From an uncultured Bilophila sp. (GTDB lineage Bacteria > Desulfobacterota > Desulfovibrionia > Desulfovibrionales > Desulfovibrionaceae): a stretch of 64,000 nucleotides of DNA. Each line of letters starts with the position of its first letter. The stretch's first letter is position 1. The stretch is from positions 4,240-68,239 of the forward strand of contig CAJUHZ010000003.1 of assembly GCA_910585945.1 (NCBI GenBank). The letters are read 5' to 3'. A model generated the notes under the pieces. The model was not told the origin of the DNA and did not search any database. It was given only the letters and a program-made list of their open reading frames with translations. The translations under genes were made by a program, and so were the position numbers. Positions 8,289 to 17,028 of this stretch are shown here, one piece after another.

Positions 8289-8651
8289 TTATTCGCCGCG
8301 GATGGTTTCGCCTTCTTCCTGGCGGCTTTTGCAGTTGATGCACAGCTTGGTCACAGGGCGGGCCTTGAGGCGGGGGATGCTGATCTCTTCGCCGCAATCT
8401 TCGCAAATGCCGTAGGTGCCGTCCTCAATACGCTGAATGGCGGCCTGGATTTTCCGGATGAGCCGCCGCTCCCGATCGCGCAGACGCAAGGTGAATGAGC
8501 GATCCGACTCGGCGGAGGCGCGATCGGCCGGGTCCGCGAACAGTTCGTTGCTGTCGGTCAGATCTTCAAGGGTGGAATCGCCTTTATGTTGTGCTTCTTC
8601 CAGCATCCTGGTCAGCAGGGTGCGGAAGTACTCGACATCTTTTTGATCCAA
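8289..8651 (-). CDS. dksA: DksA/TraR family C4 zinc-finger transcription factor
   Basis: CEDC-N17-CINC zinc finger and a coiled coil with an acidic tip (ADPADRASAESD). TTG start at 8651 follows GAGGAGG. The upstream extension of ORF 8289..9008 looks non-coding. Confidence 0.82.
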   Translation of the reverse strand: MDQKDVEYFRTLLTRMLEEAQHKGDSTLEDLTDSNELFADPADRASAESDRSFTLRLRDRERRLIRKIQAAIQRIEDGTYGICEDCGEEISIPRLKARPVTKLCINCKSRQEEGETIRGE

Positions 8652-8905
8652 GTGGGCCTCCTCTCGGTTCGCGGCGGGGCAGGACTGCCCGCCTTCGGAG
8701 AACCGCTCCTGTAGAGTATGATACAGTGCTCCCGTATATGGGAAAAAAAGCCGCCCGTAAAGTCCCTGAGAGGCTGAAGGAGCACCAATTCTCATGTCTG
8801 CCCCGGGAGATTTTTCGCCCGGTTTTCCGGATGCCGCGGGGAGCCTGGCTTCCCCTCCGGGGCGTGTGCGCGGCTCTTCCGTTCGGCCGGCAATTGGCCT
8901 ACACT

Positions 8906-9010
8906 GGGGGTGGCCCTCATGAGAACGCTGTCCGCGAAAAGCCGACATTTTTCGGCCTGCTCGGTCAGGCAACGGGCGAAGCCGCCGGACATGCGGTTTG
9001 CCTGGCAAGG
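8906..9010 (+). repeat. Degenerate family-3-related fragment (3d)
   Basis: gggtggccctcatgagaacgctgtccgcgaaaagccgacatttttcggcc...gggcgaagc resembles the left half of family 3, but is diverged. Confidence 0.35.
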
Positions 9011-9062
9011 CCGCCCGAAGCGCGGGGGCAGACTTGCGGCAGCAGGGGGAATGGAGGCCGCC

Positions 9063-9206
9063 CTAGTGTCTAATTGCAAAAATTCTGCGCAGAATTTTTG
9101 CAGGATCGTTCGCGAAAAAACGTGGTTTTTCGCTCACTCACGGCGGCTACGCCGCCGCAAAACCCTTACGGGTTTTGTAGTGTCTACTTTTGCAAGTAGA
9201 CACTAG
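9063..9206 (-). mobile_element. Family-1 MITE-like element, copy 1B (144 bp)
   Basis: Termini are CTAGTGTCTA ... TAGACACTAG. Differs from the reverse complement of 35116..35259 at about 3 positions. Ends 32 bp before the glnN ATG. Confidence 0.88.
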
Positions 9207-9238
9207 GTGTTCCCGAAACTTTTTGAAGGAGATTCTGC

Positions 9239-11443
9239 ATGAGCGGAAGCAACGCCCGCAGCAATGCGATTCAGGCCATCACAAGTTACAAGTCCGAACC
9301 CGCACCTCTCAATTTCGCCGGCGCCAGACCCACCGAAATCTATGGGTGCAACGTGTTCAGCGACAAGGTGATGAAGGAGCGGCTGCCCCGCGTCGTGTAC
9401 CGTTCCCTCCGGGAAACCATCGAACGGGGGCGGCATCTTGATCCTTCCCTCGCGGACATTGTGGCCTCGGCCATGAAGGATTGGGCCATTGAAAAGGGCG
9501 CGACGCACTTCACCCATGTGTTTTACCCCCTGACCGGTCTGTCGGCGGAAAAGCACGACAGCTTTCTCAGCCCTGACGGCAGCGGCGGCGTGATCACCGA
9601 ATTCAGCGGAAAAATGCTCAGCCAGGGCGAGTCGGACGCCTCCAGTTTCCCTTCCGGCGGCTTGCGCAGCACTTTCGAGGCGCGGGGCTACACCGCCTGG
9701 GACGTGACAAGCCCGGCCTATCTCATGGAATACACGAGCGGCATTGTGCTGTGCATCCCCACGGCCTTTCTTTCCTGGACGGGGGTGGCGCTTGACCGCA
9801 AGACCCCGCTTCTGCGTTCCAATCAGGCGCTGAACAGGCAGGCCAGCCGCATCCTGCGTCTTTTCGACAAGAAGACGGATTTGCCCATCGTCTCTTTTGC
9901 CGGGCTGGAGCAGGAATTTTTTCTCATCGATCGCAATTTTGTCTTTGGCCGGCCGGATCTGCTCATTGCCGGGCGCACGCTGTTCGGAGCCAAGCCGGCC
10001 AAGGGGCAGGAGTTCGAGGATCAGTATTATGGCGTGATGCCGCGGCGCGTGCTGAGTTGCCTGAGCGAGACCGAGCTTGAACTGTACAAGCTCGGCATTC
10101 CCGTGCGAACCCGGCATAACGAAGTCGCTCCCAGCCAGTACGAGATCGCGCCGGTGTTCGAGGCGGGCAACCTTGCCATTGACCACAACCAGCTTATGAT
10201 GACGGTGCTGCGCAATGTGTCCAAACGGCACGGCCTGACCTGTCTGCTCCATGAAAAACCGTTCCTCGGCATCAACGGATCCGGCAAGCATCTCAATTAC
10301 TCCATCGGCAACGCCGAAGTGGGGAGCCTGTTCGACCCTGGCGACACGCCGCACGAGAACGCCATGTTTCTCGTTTTTCTGGTGGCGGCCATTCGCGGCC
10401 TGCACAAGTACGGGGGGCTGCTCCGGGCCACGGCCGCGGCGGCGTCCAACGATCACCGGCTGGGCGCCAATGAGGCCCCGCCCGCAATCATGTCCATGTT
10501 CCTTGGCGATCAGCTTGCGGATGTTCTGGAACAGATTCGCATCGGCAAGGTGCACGGTTCCAGGGGCAAACGGCTGATGAACGTCGGCGTGGACACGCTC
10601 CCGCCCCTGCCAGCCGATCCGGGCGATCGCAACCGCACCAGCCCCTTTGCCTTCACCGGCAACCGTTTTGAATTTCGGGCGCTCGGATCGAGCATGCCCG
10701 CCTCGGCCACCCAGGCGGTGCTCAACACCATCATGGCCGATTCGCTTGATTTCGCGGCCACGCGGCTGGAGCGTCTCACCGAGGGTGATCCGGGCAAACG
10801 CAACGCCGCCGTGCATACCCTGATCCAGGAGATTATGGAGGAACACAGCGCCGTCATCTTCAATGGCGACGGCTATTCCGAAGTCTGGCATCAGGAAGCC
10901 GAGCGCCGCGGCCTGCCCAACTACCGCACCACGCCCGAAGCCCTCATGGCCTATACCAGCCCCGACGCCATAGACCTGTACGGGCGGTACAATGTCCTGT
11001 CCCGCACGGAACTCAAGGCGCGGCAGGAAATCTACATCGAGCAGTACTGCAAGACGATCCGCACCGAGGCGAACCTGGTCATCCGCATGGCCCGAACCAT
11101 CGTCTACCCGGCCGGGCTTCGCTATCAGCGCGAACTGGCGGGCGTCTGCCTCGACATGTGCGCCATCAACAAGGAACTGAACCGCCCGAATCGGGAGCCG
11201 GACACGGCCTTGCTGGATCAGGTGGAAAGTCTGCTTGCGGCCTTGCGCAAGGCTGTCGACGGTCTGGAATCCGTGCTGGAAAACGGGGAGTACGCCAACA
11301 GCGTGCAGGAAGCCCATCATTACAGGGTGGAAGTGCTCCCGCGCATGGAGGAGGTTCGCGCTCTGGCCGACAGCCTGGAAACCCTGACCCCCGAAGATCT
11401 CTGGCCCCTGCCCAGTTATCAGGAGATGCTGTTCATCAAGTAG
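9239..11443 (+). CDS. glnN: Glutamine synthetase, type III
   Basis: 734 aa, the typical GSIII length. Contains the [12 protein letters not shown] catalytic motif and [22 protein letters not shown] lies upstream. Confidence 0.9.
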   Translation: MSGSNARSNAIQAITSYKSEPAPLNFAGARPTEIYGCNVFSDKVMKERLPRVVYRSLRETIERGRHLDPSLADIVASAMKDWAIEKGATHFTHVFYPLTGLSAEKHDSFLSPDGSGGVITEFSGKMLSQGESDASSFPSGGLRSTFEARGYTAWDVTSPAYLMEYTSGIVLCIPTAFLSWTGVALDRKTPLLRSNQALNRQASRILRLFDKKTDLPIVSFAGLEQEFFLIDRNFVFGRPDLLIAGRTLFGAKPAKGQEFEDQYYGVMPRRVLSCLSETELELYKLGIPVRTRHNEVAPSQYEIAPVFEAGNLAIDHNQLMMTVLRNVSKRHGLTCLLHEKPFLGINGSGKHLNYSIGNAEVGSLFDPGDTPHENAMFLVFLVAAIRGLHKYGGLLRATAAAASNDHRLGANEAPPAIMSMFLGDQLADVLEQIRIGKVHGSRGKRLMNVGVDTLPPLPADPGDRNRTSPFAFTGNRFEFRALGSSMPASATQAVLNTIMADSLDFAATRLERLTEGDPGKRNAAVHTLIQEIMEEHSAVIFNGDGYSEVWHQEAERRGLPNYRTTPEALMAYTSPDAIDLYGRYNVLSRTELKARQEIYIEQYCKTIRTEANLVIRMARTIVYPAGLRYQRELAGVCLDMCAINKELNRPNREPDTALLDQVESLLAALRKAVDGLESVLENGEYANSVQEAHHYRVEVLPRMEEVRALADSLETLTPEDLWPLPSYQEMLFIK

Positions 11444-11590
11444 AAGTCATTTCATAATTCCCATGAAATGACTTTTCACGCCGGACGGGAGTCTGGCGCG
11501 GCCGAAAAGCGCCGTGAATGAAGCCCAAAAGACGTTTTTTGGCGAATGCTCTTCATCGTTCAGCCCCAGGGCTGGACGATGAAATGAGTT
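11443..11590 (+). repeat. Family-2 multi-hairpin intergenic repeat, copy 2b
   Basis: Same module order as 1921..2069. Starts at the last base of the glnN TAG stop. Core at 11514..11550. Confidence 0.85.
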
Positions 11591-11640
11591 GTAGAAAGGT
11601 GAACTGTGCCCCTGAGGGGAAGAGCAATAAAGGAGGCCGT

Positions 11641-12207
11641 ATGCCCGCAATCTCGTTTGATACGCTGGCCTATGCGAAAGAAGTGGAAGGCGCCGGTTTC
11701 ACCAGACAGCAGGCGGAAGCTTTTGCTTTGGCGCAAAAAAGACTTTTTCATGAGGTCATGTCCACAAGCGAACTGGCGACAAAGCTCGATCTGAACGATG
11801 TGCATACGGGGCTGAGTACTGAAATTCAGGACGTGCGCACGGAACTGAAGACCGAAATCCAGAACGTTCGCACGGAATTAAAGACTGAAATTCAGGAAGT
11901 ACGCACCGAACTGAAGACTGAGATCCAGAACGTTCGCACGGAATTAAAGACTGAAATTCAGGAAGTGCGCACCGAACTGAAGACTGAGATCCAGGACGTG
12001 CGTCTTGAAACCGAAAAGCTGCGCACGGATCTGAAAGCCGAGATCCAGGACGTTCGCCTTGAAACCGAAAAGCTGCGCACGGATCTCACGGAAAAGATGG
12101 AAGCCAACAAGCACGAAATCCTTAAGTGGATGCTGGGCACGGTTGTTGCGCAAACCGCGCTTATTGTCGCCGTCATCGGTGTGGCGATCGCGCTTGTGGT
12201 CAAATAG
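11641..12207 (+). CDS. DUF1640-family coiled-coil membrane-anchored protein with expanded tandem repeats
   Basis: ATG after AAAGGAGG. The N-terminus MPAISFDTLAYAKEVEGAGFTRQQAEAF and the C-terminus EILKWMLGTVVAQTALIVAVIGVAIALVVK fit the DUF1640 architecture. The centre consists of 11-aa and 18-aa repeats. Confidence 0.8.
   Translation: MPAISFDTLAYAKEVEGAGFTRQQAEAFALAQKRLFHEVMSTSELATKLDLNDVHTGLSTEIQDVRTELKTEIQNVRTELKTEIQEVRTELKTEIQNVRTELKTEIQEVRTELKTEIQDVRLETEKLRTDLKAEIQDVRLETEKLRTDLTEKMEANKHEILKWMLGTVVAQTALIVAVIGVAIALVVK
11821..12093 (+). repeat. In-frame tandem repeat array (5 x 33 bp + 2 x 54 bp) inside the DUF1640 gene
   Basis: Units encode EIQ(D/N/E)VRTELKT at 11821, 11854, 11887, 11920 and 11953, then EIQDVRLETEKLRTDL(KA/TE) at 11986 and 12040. 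Units 2+3 versus 4+5 form a 66-bp duplicate with 2 mismatches. Confidence 0.95.
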
Positions 12208-12268
12208 TTCGCAACGAATCGGGGCAGTTCCGGTTGCTGTTCAGAAATGCTCCGATCGTTTCTTCCAT

Positions 12269-12305
12269 GCAGAAAGGCCGCGGGAAAATACCGCGGCCTT
12301 TCTGC
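12269..12305. terminator. Bidirectional hairpin terminator between convergent DUF1640 gene and secG
   Basis: Perfect 15-bp stem gcagaaaggccgcgg / ccgcggcctttctgc with a 7-nt loop. Confidence 0.65.
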
Positions 12306-12321
12306 AATATGCTGATGCGGC

Positions 12322-12780
12322 TTACTGTTGCTGGCCGTCCGCTTCGGGCGCAACGCTTTGCGGGGCCGGCGTGGCCGGAGCGTCCGGGGGGGGAGCAACA
12401 GGGGCGGGAGCAGCCGGTTCCTGCGGGTTTTGCGGAGCGGCGGGGGCCGCCGGAGCGCCGGCAGTCGGGGCGGGCACGGACGGTGTGCCAGGCGCTGCCG
12501 GGGGCGTGGGCGCCTTTTCCAGTTGCACGTCAAGAATCGTCGATTCGTCCTCCGTGCGCGAACTGGTGACGTAGTTGTAGCTCAGGGACGTGATCACGAA
12601 CAGGACAGCCAGAAAGGCCGTGAATTTGGCCAGCAGCCCGCCCGCGCCGGAGCTGCCGAACACAGAGGAGTTGCCTCCGCCGAAAATGACTCCCATTCCT
12701 TCCTTGCCGGATTGCAGCAGAACAAGAACCACGAGGATGATGCATACAAGCACATGCAGGGAGAGGATCAAGGTTTGCAC
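12322..12780 (-). CDS. secG: Preprotein translocase subunit SecG with Pro/Ala-rich C-terminal extension
   Basis: The first ~75 aa (LLQSGKEGMGVIFGGGNSSVFGSSGAGG plus two TM helices) are SecG. Residues ~89-152 are a P/A-rich tail. Confidence 0.85.
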   Translation of the reverse strand: MQTLILSLHVLVCIILVVLVLLQSGKEGMGVIFGGGNSSVFGSSGAGGLLAKFTAFLAVLFVITSLSYNYVTSSRTEDESTILDVQLEKAPTPPAAPGTPSVPAPTAGAPAAPAAPQNPQEPAAPAPVAPPPDAPATPAPQSVAPEADGQQQ

Positions 12781-13014
12781 GGTGGGACTCCTCGGCCGGT
12801 CAAAGGCGGTTCAGAAGTTTTTTTGCTGGAACTCGTTTCGTAATGCTGATGAACCGAGTTCCAGGACGGGTTCATCTTGAGATTTTCCAGTCTCAAAGTT
12901 TGAAGGCGCGATCGTTTCGGCGTCAAAACGCGCGCATGACGCTTGCGCCTTGCCGCGGCCGCCTGCTCACGCAGTCAACGAAGTATTGCCGCGGCGAAAA
13001 CGCTCCGGGGCGGT

Positions 13015-13782
13015 TCAGGCTGTCTGCCCGGCGCGAATGATGCGCAAAAAAGTTTCCGCCTGTAAAGAAGCGCCACCTACCAGAAGACCGTCGACATTGT
13101 CAAGGGCAAGAATGCCGGCCGCGTTTTCGGGCTTGACGCTCCCGCCGTACAGGATGCGCACGGACTGGCCTGCCTCCGTCCCCGGCAGGGCGTTCAGCCG
13201 GCTTCGGACAAAGGCGTGCGCCGCGGCGATATCCTCGGCGGAAGCCACCTTGCCCGTCCCAATGGCCCATACCGGTTCGTACGCCACGGCAAGGCGGGAA
13301 ACGGCTTCCGCCGGAACATTGGCGAGTCCGTCGGCCAGTTGCGCCTGCAAAACGTCTTCCAGCCGGCCGGCCTCGCGCTCCGCCAGACTTTCCCCCACGC
13401 AGAGGATGACGCAAAGCCCCTGCTTCAGTGCGAACGCCGTTTTTTCCCCCACGAGGACGGACGACTCGCCAAGGATATGCCGCCGCTCGGAGTGGCCGGT
13501 CAAAACCCAGGAGCAGCCGGCGTCCAGCAGCATGCCGGGCGAAATTTCACCAGTGAACGCGCCTGATTCCGCGGGGTAGACGTCTTGCCCCCCAAAGTCG
13601 ATCTTCGCTTCTCCCAGCCCTTCCCGCACAGCTTCAAAAGCGGTGAAAGGAGGGAAAAGGACGACTTCTGCGGAAGGCGAAGCCGGGGCGGCGGCGAGCG
13701 CGTCAGCCAGGGCACGCGCAAGATCCCGCGCTTCGGCCCGTGTTTTGTGCATTTTCCAGTTGGCGGCAATGAGGTTTCGCAT
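13015..13782 (-). CDS. tpiA: Triosephosphate isomerase
   Basis: AANWKMHKT, GHSERR, AYEPVWAIGTG and YGGSV motifs. 255 aa. Confidence 0.95.
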   Translation of the reverse strand: MRNLIAANWKMHKTRAEARDLARALADALAAAPASPSAEVVLFPPFTAFEAVREGLGEAKIDFGGQDVYPAESGAFTGEISPGMLLDAGCSWVLTGHSERRHILGESSVLVGEKTAFALKQGLCVILCVGESLAEREAGRLEDVLQAQLADGLANVPAEAVSRLAVAYEPVWAIGTGKVASAEDIAAAHAFVRSRLNALPGTEAGQSVRILYGGSVKPENAAGILALDNVDGLLVGGASLQAETFLRIIRAGQTA

Positions 13783-13906
13783 GATTGATGCTCCGGACGA
13801 TGGGCGTCCGCGCCGGTGGGCGGGCGGAGTTCAGGGGTGGGCGCGGCCGAAGGCCGACCGCGAAAAACGCGTTCACCCGGCTTGACGAGCCGTGTCGCGT
13901 TGCGGT

Positions 13907-14404
13907 TCAGGCATCTGGGGCGGACCGCACATAGATCAGGGCGTCTTCACCGGTATCCGGGTAATAGCCGCGCCTGCGCCCGGCAAGGGCAAAGCCGAGT
14001 TTTTCATACAGGCCACGCGCGGGCGCATTGCTGGGGCGGACTTCAAGAACGGCTTTGCGTATGCCGCTTTTTTCCGCCTCCCGCAAGGCCCGGCGGAGCA
14101 GATTGGCCCCGTGCCCGCGCCGCCGCCTGTCGGCCCTCACCGCGATGTTGAGGATTTCCAGTTCATCCGGCGTGTGGTATACGGAAAGGTAGGCGACAAG
14201 TTCGCCTCCTTCATGGATGCCGCTGACGGCAAAGGCCGCGTGTTCGAAAGCCTGCCGGAACTGTTCTTCCGTCCAGGGCAGGGTGAAGCAACGGCGTTCC
14301 AGAGCCGCGACGGCAGGCGCGTCGCGCGCGTCAAGACGGCGGGGGACCGCCGAATCATTTGCCGGAAAGGAAGGGGAAGGATCATGCATGTCGGTAGCCT
14401 TCAC
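13907..14404 (-). CDS. rimI: GNAT N-acetyltransferase, RimI-like
   Basis: 165 aa. Acetyl-CoA motif RRRGHGANLLRRAL. An alternative start at 14389 is possible. Confidence 0.75.
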   Translation of the reverse strand: MKATDMHDPSPSFPANDSAVPRRLDARDAPAVAALERRCFTLPWTEEQFRQAFEHAAFAVSGIHEGGELVAYLSVYHTPDELEILNIAVRADRRRRGHGANLLRRALREAEKSGIRKAVLEVRPSNAPARGLYEKLGFALAGRRRGYYPDTGEDALIYVRSAPDA

Positions 14405-14965
14405 GCCGCTTCTGTCGTTGCGCCGTCGCGCGGGCGGCGTGCTTGCGCGCGCTCTGTTCCCGCCGCACGGGCAGGCGGGACGCCGGATGAGCTTGTCGAA
14501 TTCTTTGACGAACGGGATCGTCTTCTGCTCGTCGCTCCGGCGGGGGAAGCCGCGCGCCTTGGCCTGCGCCGTGCGGTGGTCGGCGTGGCTCTGCGTCTTG
14601 CAGGGGGCCGCCTGCTCGTGCGGCGACGTGGAGCTGGCCGTGAGGCGCGCCTGGATCTTTCGGGCGTGGCCCGCGTGCGGCCCGGCGAGGCGTGCGAGGA
14701 CGCCGCCTTGCGCGCCCTGGGACGCGCGCCCGATGATCCGGTTCGTCTGCTCCGTGCGGCCTCCGCATTTTTGTCCGCACCCGGTCTGCGCGTCGTGCTG
14801 ATCCTGGCCGGGCCGTATGTCGGGCCGCCCCCGGAAGACGGGGCGAATACGCTTGCCCTCGATCGGGATGAACTTGAGGGCGTCGCCCGGGCTGATCCGG
14901 ATCTGCTCACTCCCGCCCTGCTGTGGAGCGTCCGCTCCGGCCGGTTGTGGCCGACAGGGCGCTGA
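14384..14965 (+). CDS. Hypothetical protein with degenerate Nudix-like box
   Basis: C-terminal part of ORF 13892..14965, starting at the ATG at 14384. PGEACEDAALRAL resembles a Nudix box but lacks the REx2EE glutamates. It fills an otherwise gene-free 570-bp gap. The start overlaps the rimI start. Confidence 0.4.
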   Translation: MHVGSLHAASVVAPSRGRRACARSVPAARAGGTPDELVEFFDERDRLLLVAPAGEAARLGLRRAVVGVALRLAGGRLLVRRRGAGREARLDLSGVARVRPGEACEDAALRALGRAPDDPVRLLRAASAFLSAPGLRVVLILAGPYVGPPPEDGANTLALDRDELEGVARADPDLLTPALLWSVRSGRLWPTGR

Positions 14966-14976
14966 GCGCCGCGCTT

Positions 14977-15984
14977 TCAGTCGTATTCAAAGAAGAGATC
15001 CGCATACCTGGCCGGGGCGTCAAGGGTCGCGCCCGCTCCGCGGAGGACGGTGGTCAGCGGATCCGGGTCGATACGGACGGGCAGACCTGTCGCCTGAGTG
15101 ATCCGTGCGTCAAGGCCGCGCAACAGGGCTGTGCCGCCGGTGAGCAGGATGCCCTGACGCAGGAGATCCGCGCCGAGTTCCGGCGGCGTGTTTTCCAGCG
15201 TGGCCAGAATATTGTCCAGAATCAGCGCCACCACCGGCTGGAGCGCCTCGCGGATATGACCGTCGCTCAGCATGACGGTGCGAGGGCTTGCGGTGGAGAC
15301 ATCCTTGCCGGAAACTTCCATGCCGAGCGGTTCGGGCAGGGCGTCTACCGCCCCGAGAACAATCTTGATTTTTTCGGCCATGTTTTCGCCGACGACGAGG
15401 TGCATGGCGTCTTGCAGGTAACGCTGAACCGAGGCGGTCAGCGCGTCTCCGGCCGCGCGCGCCGAGCGCGAGCACACCATCCCGCCGAGCGTGAGCACCG
15501 CAATGTCCGCCGTTCCGCCGCCGATATCCACAACCATGCTCCCCACAGGATCAAGCACGGGCAGGCCCGCGCCTATGGCGGCGGCCACAGGCTCGTCAAT
15601 GAGCCGGATGTTGCGCGCGCCGGCCCGGGTGGCGGCCTCGATCACGGCCCGCCGTTCCACATCGGTAATGCCCGTGGGCACGCAGATGACCACATGCGGC
15701 TTGCGTTGCGTCCGGCCGCCGATAGCCTTGCGCAGCAAATGGGCGATGAGCGCGCTGGCCATGTCGAAATCGGCGATGACGCCATCCTTGAGCGGGCGGA
15801 TCGTGACGATGTTCCGCGGCGTCCGCCCGATGCATTCCTTCGCTTCGCCGCCTACGGCCAGAATGCGCTCGGTTACGGCGTCCCGCGCCACCACGGACGG
15901 CTCATTGAGCACAATTCCCTCGCCCTGCACGAATATCAGGGTATTGGCCGTGCCAAGGTCCATGGCCATGTGTTTGCGAAACAT
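14977..15984 (-). CDS. mreB: Rod shape-determining protein MreB
   Basis: MAMDLGTANTLIFV and VVDIGGGTADIAV actin-fold motifs. 335 aa. Confidence 0.95.
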   Translation of the reverse strand: MFRKHMAMDLGTANTLIFVQGEGIVLNEPSVVARDAVTERILAVGGEAKECIGRTPRNIVTIRPLKDGVIADFDMASALIAHLLRKAIGGRTQRKPHVVICVPTGITDVERRAVIEAATRAGARNIRLIDEPVAAAIGAGLPVLDPVGSMVVDIGGGTADIAVLTLGGMVCSRSARAAGDALTASVQRYLQDAMHLVVGENMAEKIKIVLGAVDALPEPLGMEVSGKDVSTASPRTVMLSDGHIREALQPVVALILDNILATLENTPPELGADLLRQGILLTGGTALLRGLDARITQATGLPVRIDPDPLTTVLRGAGATLDAPARYADLFFEYD

Positions 15985-15987
15985 GAA

Positions 15988-17028
15988 TCAATCATCCTCG
16001 TTGAGGGGTGGAGACGGGGCCGTGTCCGGATCATACGCCATGCTTCCGTCCCTGTGGATTCTGGCCCGCGGGAGCAGACTTTGCAGCCTGTGCCGCAGGT
16101 ACAGCGTTTCCAGCTGGCGGGAAAGCAGGGAAACGGCGACGCGGGCGAAGGAACGCAGATGCTCCGGCAGGGCGCGCGGCTCCATGCCGGCCAGGCACAA
16201 CACCCCGCACACGACTCTGTTCATGAATACGGGCAGGCAGATGACGGACTGGAACAGCGGCGTCTCGGGCGACTTGCCGTACAGCGGCGCGGCTGGCGAA
16301 GCCTCGCCTCCCTCGGCATGCACGGGCGCTTCGTTGCGGAATACCCAGCCGACAAGCCCGCCTGTGGCAAGCGGAATTTCGGGAGCGATCCCCTCCCGGA
16401 CGAGCAGGGGGGCGCTTTCTCCTTCCACCGTATAGGTGGAGGCCCCCTCGCTGCTGGTGGCGAAAGCCACATAATCAAAGCCGCTGCTTTCGGCCACCAG
16501 GGAGAGAAAGCCGCTCAGGTACTCACTCCAGTGCGGACGGCGCATGCCGAGATCGGCAAGGCGTTCGAGGCGGGAAAGATAGCGGCGGAGATCCTCGGCG
16601 TCGTCCGCCAGCACTTCCGAATGGGCCTGCCGCGCAATGTGTCGGGCAAAACGGAGCAACAGCGCCTGATCGTCCTCGGTATAGGCGCGGGGGCGCACGC
16701 TGTCGATGCACAGGGCGCCGCCCCTGGGCAGGTGGCAGCCCATGAAGGCGACAATGGCCTCCTCTTCGTCTTCCGCGTAATAGCCGAGGCGGCTGTGTCT
16801 TTCGAGGTCATTGACGATGACGGACTGCCTGTGCCGCAGGATCCAGCCCACCAGTCCCCGTCCCGGGGCGATGCGCGCTTCGCGCACAAAGGGCGCGGAC
16901 TCGGTGGAAGCCAGCGCCACCTCGCAGTTGCCGGCGCGATCCGGGAGAAAGAGCACGGCGCTGTGCGCGTCAAAGGTCGTGCGCACCAGTTCAAGGAGGG
17001 AGTCGTCGTTGTCGTACAGCACTGCCAT
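15988..17028 (-). CDS. Tandem GAF-domain protein
   Basis: 346 aa. Two GAF-like halves (GRGLVGWILRHRQSVIVND; GGLVGWVFRNEAPVHAE). Its stop lies 4 bp upstream of the mreB start. Confidence 0.75.
   Translation of the reverse strand: MAVLYDNDDSLLELVRTTFDAHSAVLFLPDRAGNCEVALASTESAPFVREARIAPGRGLVGWILRHRQSVIVNDLERHSRLGYYAEDEEEAIVAFMGCHLPRGGALCIDSVRPRAYTEDDQALLLRFARHIARQAHSEVLADDAEDLRRYLSRLERLADLGMRRPHWSEYLSGFLSLVAESSGFDYVAFATSSEGASTYTVEGESAPLLVREGIAPEIPLATGGLVGWVFRNEAPVHAEGGEASPAAPLYGKSPETPLFQSVICLPVFMNRVVCGVLCLAGMEPRALPEHLRSFARVAVSLLSRQLETLYLRHRLQSLLPRARIHRDGSMAYDPDTAPSPPLNEDD

Noticed and set aside
11821-12093. Regular 33-bp repeat array that could be mistaken for a CRISPR array.
   Set aside because: The units are directly adjacent with no spacers, are in frame, and encode an 11-aa coiled-coil repeat inside a DUF1640 ORF. 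There are no cas genes in the window.
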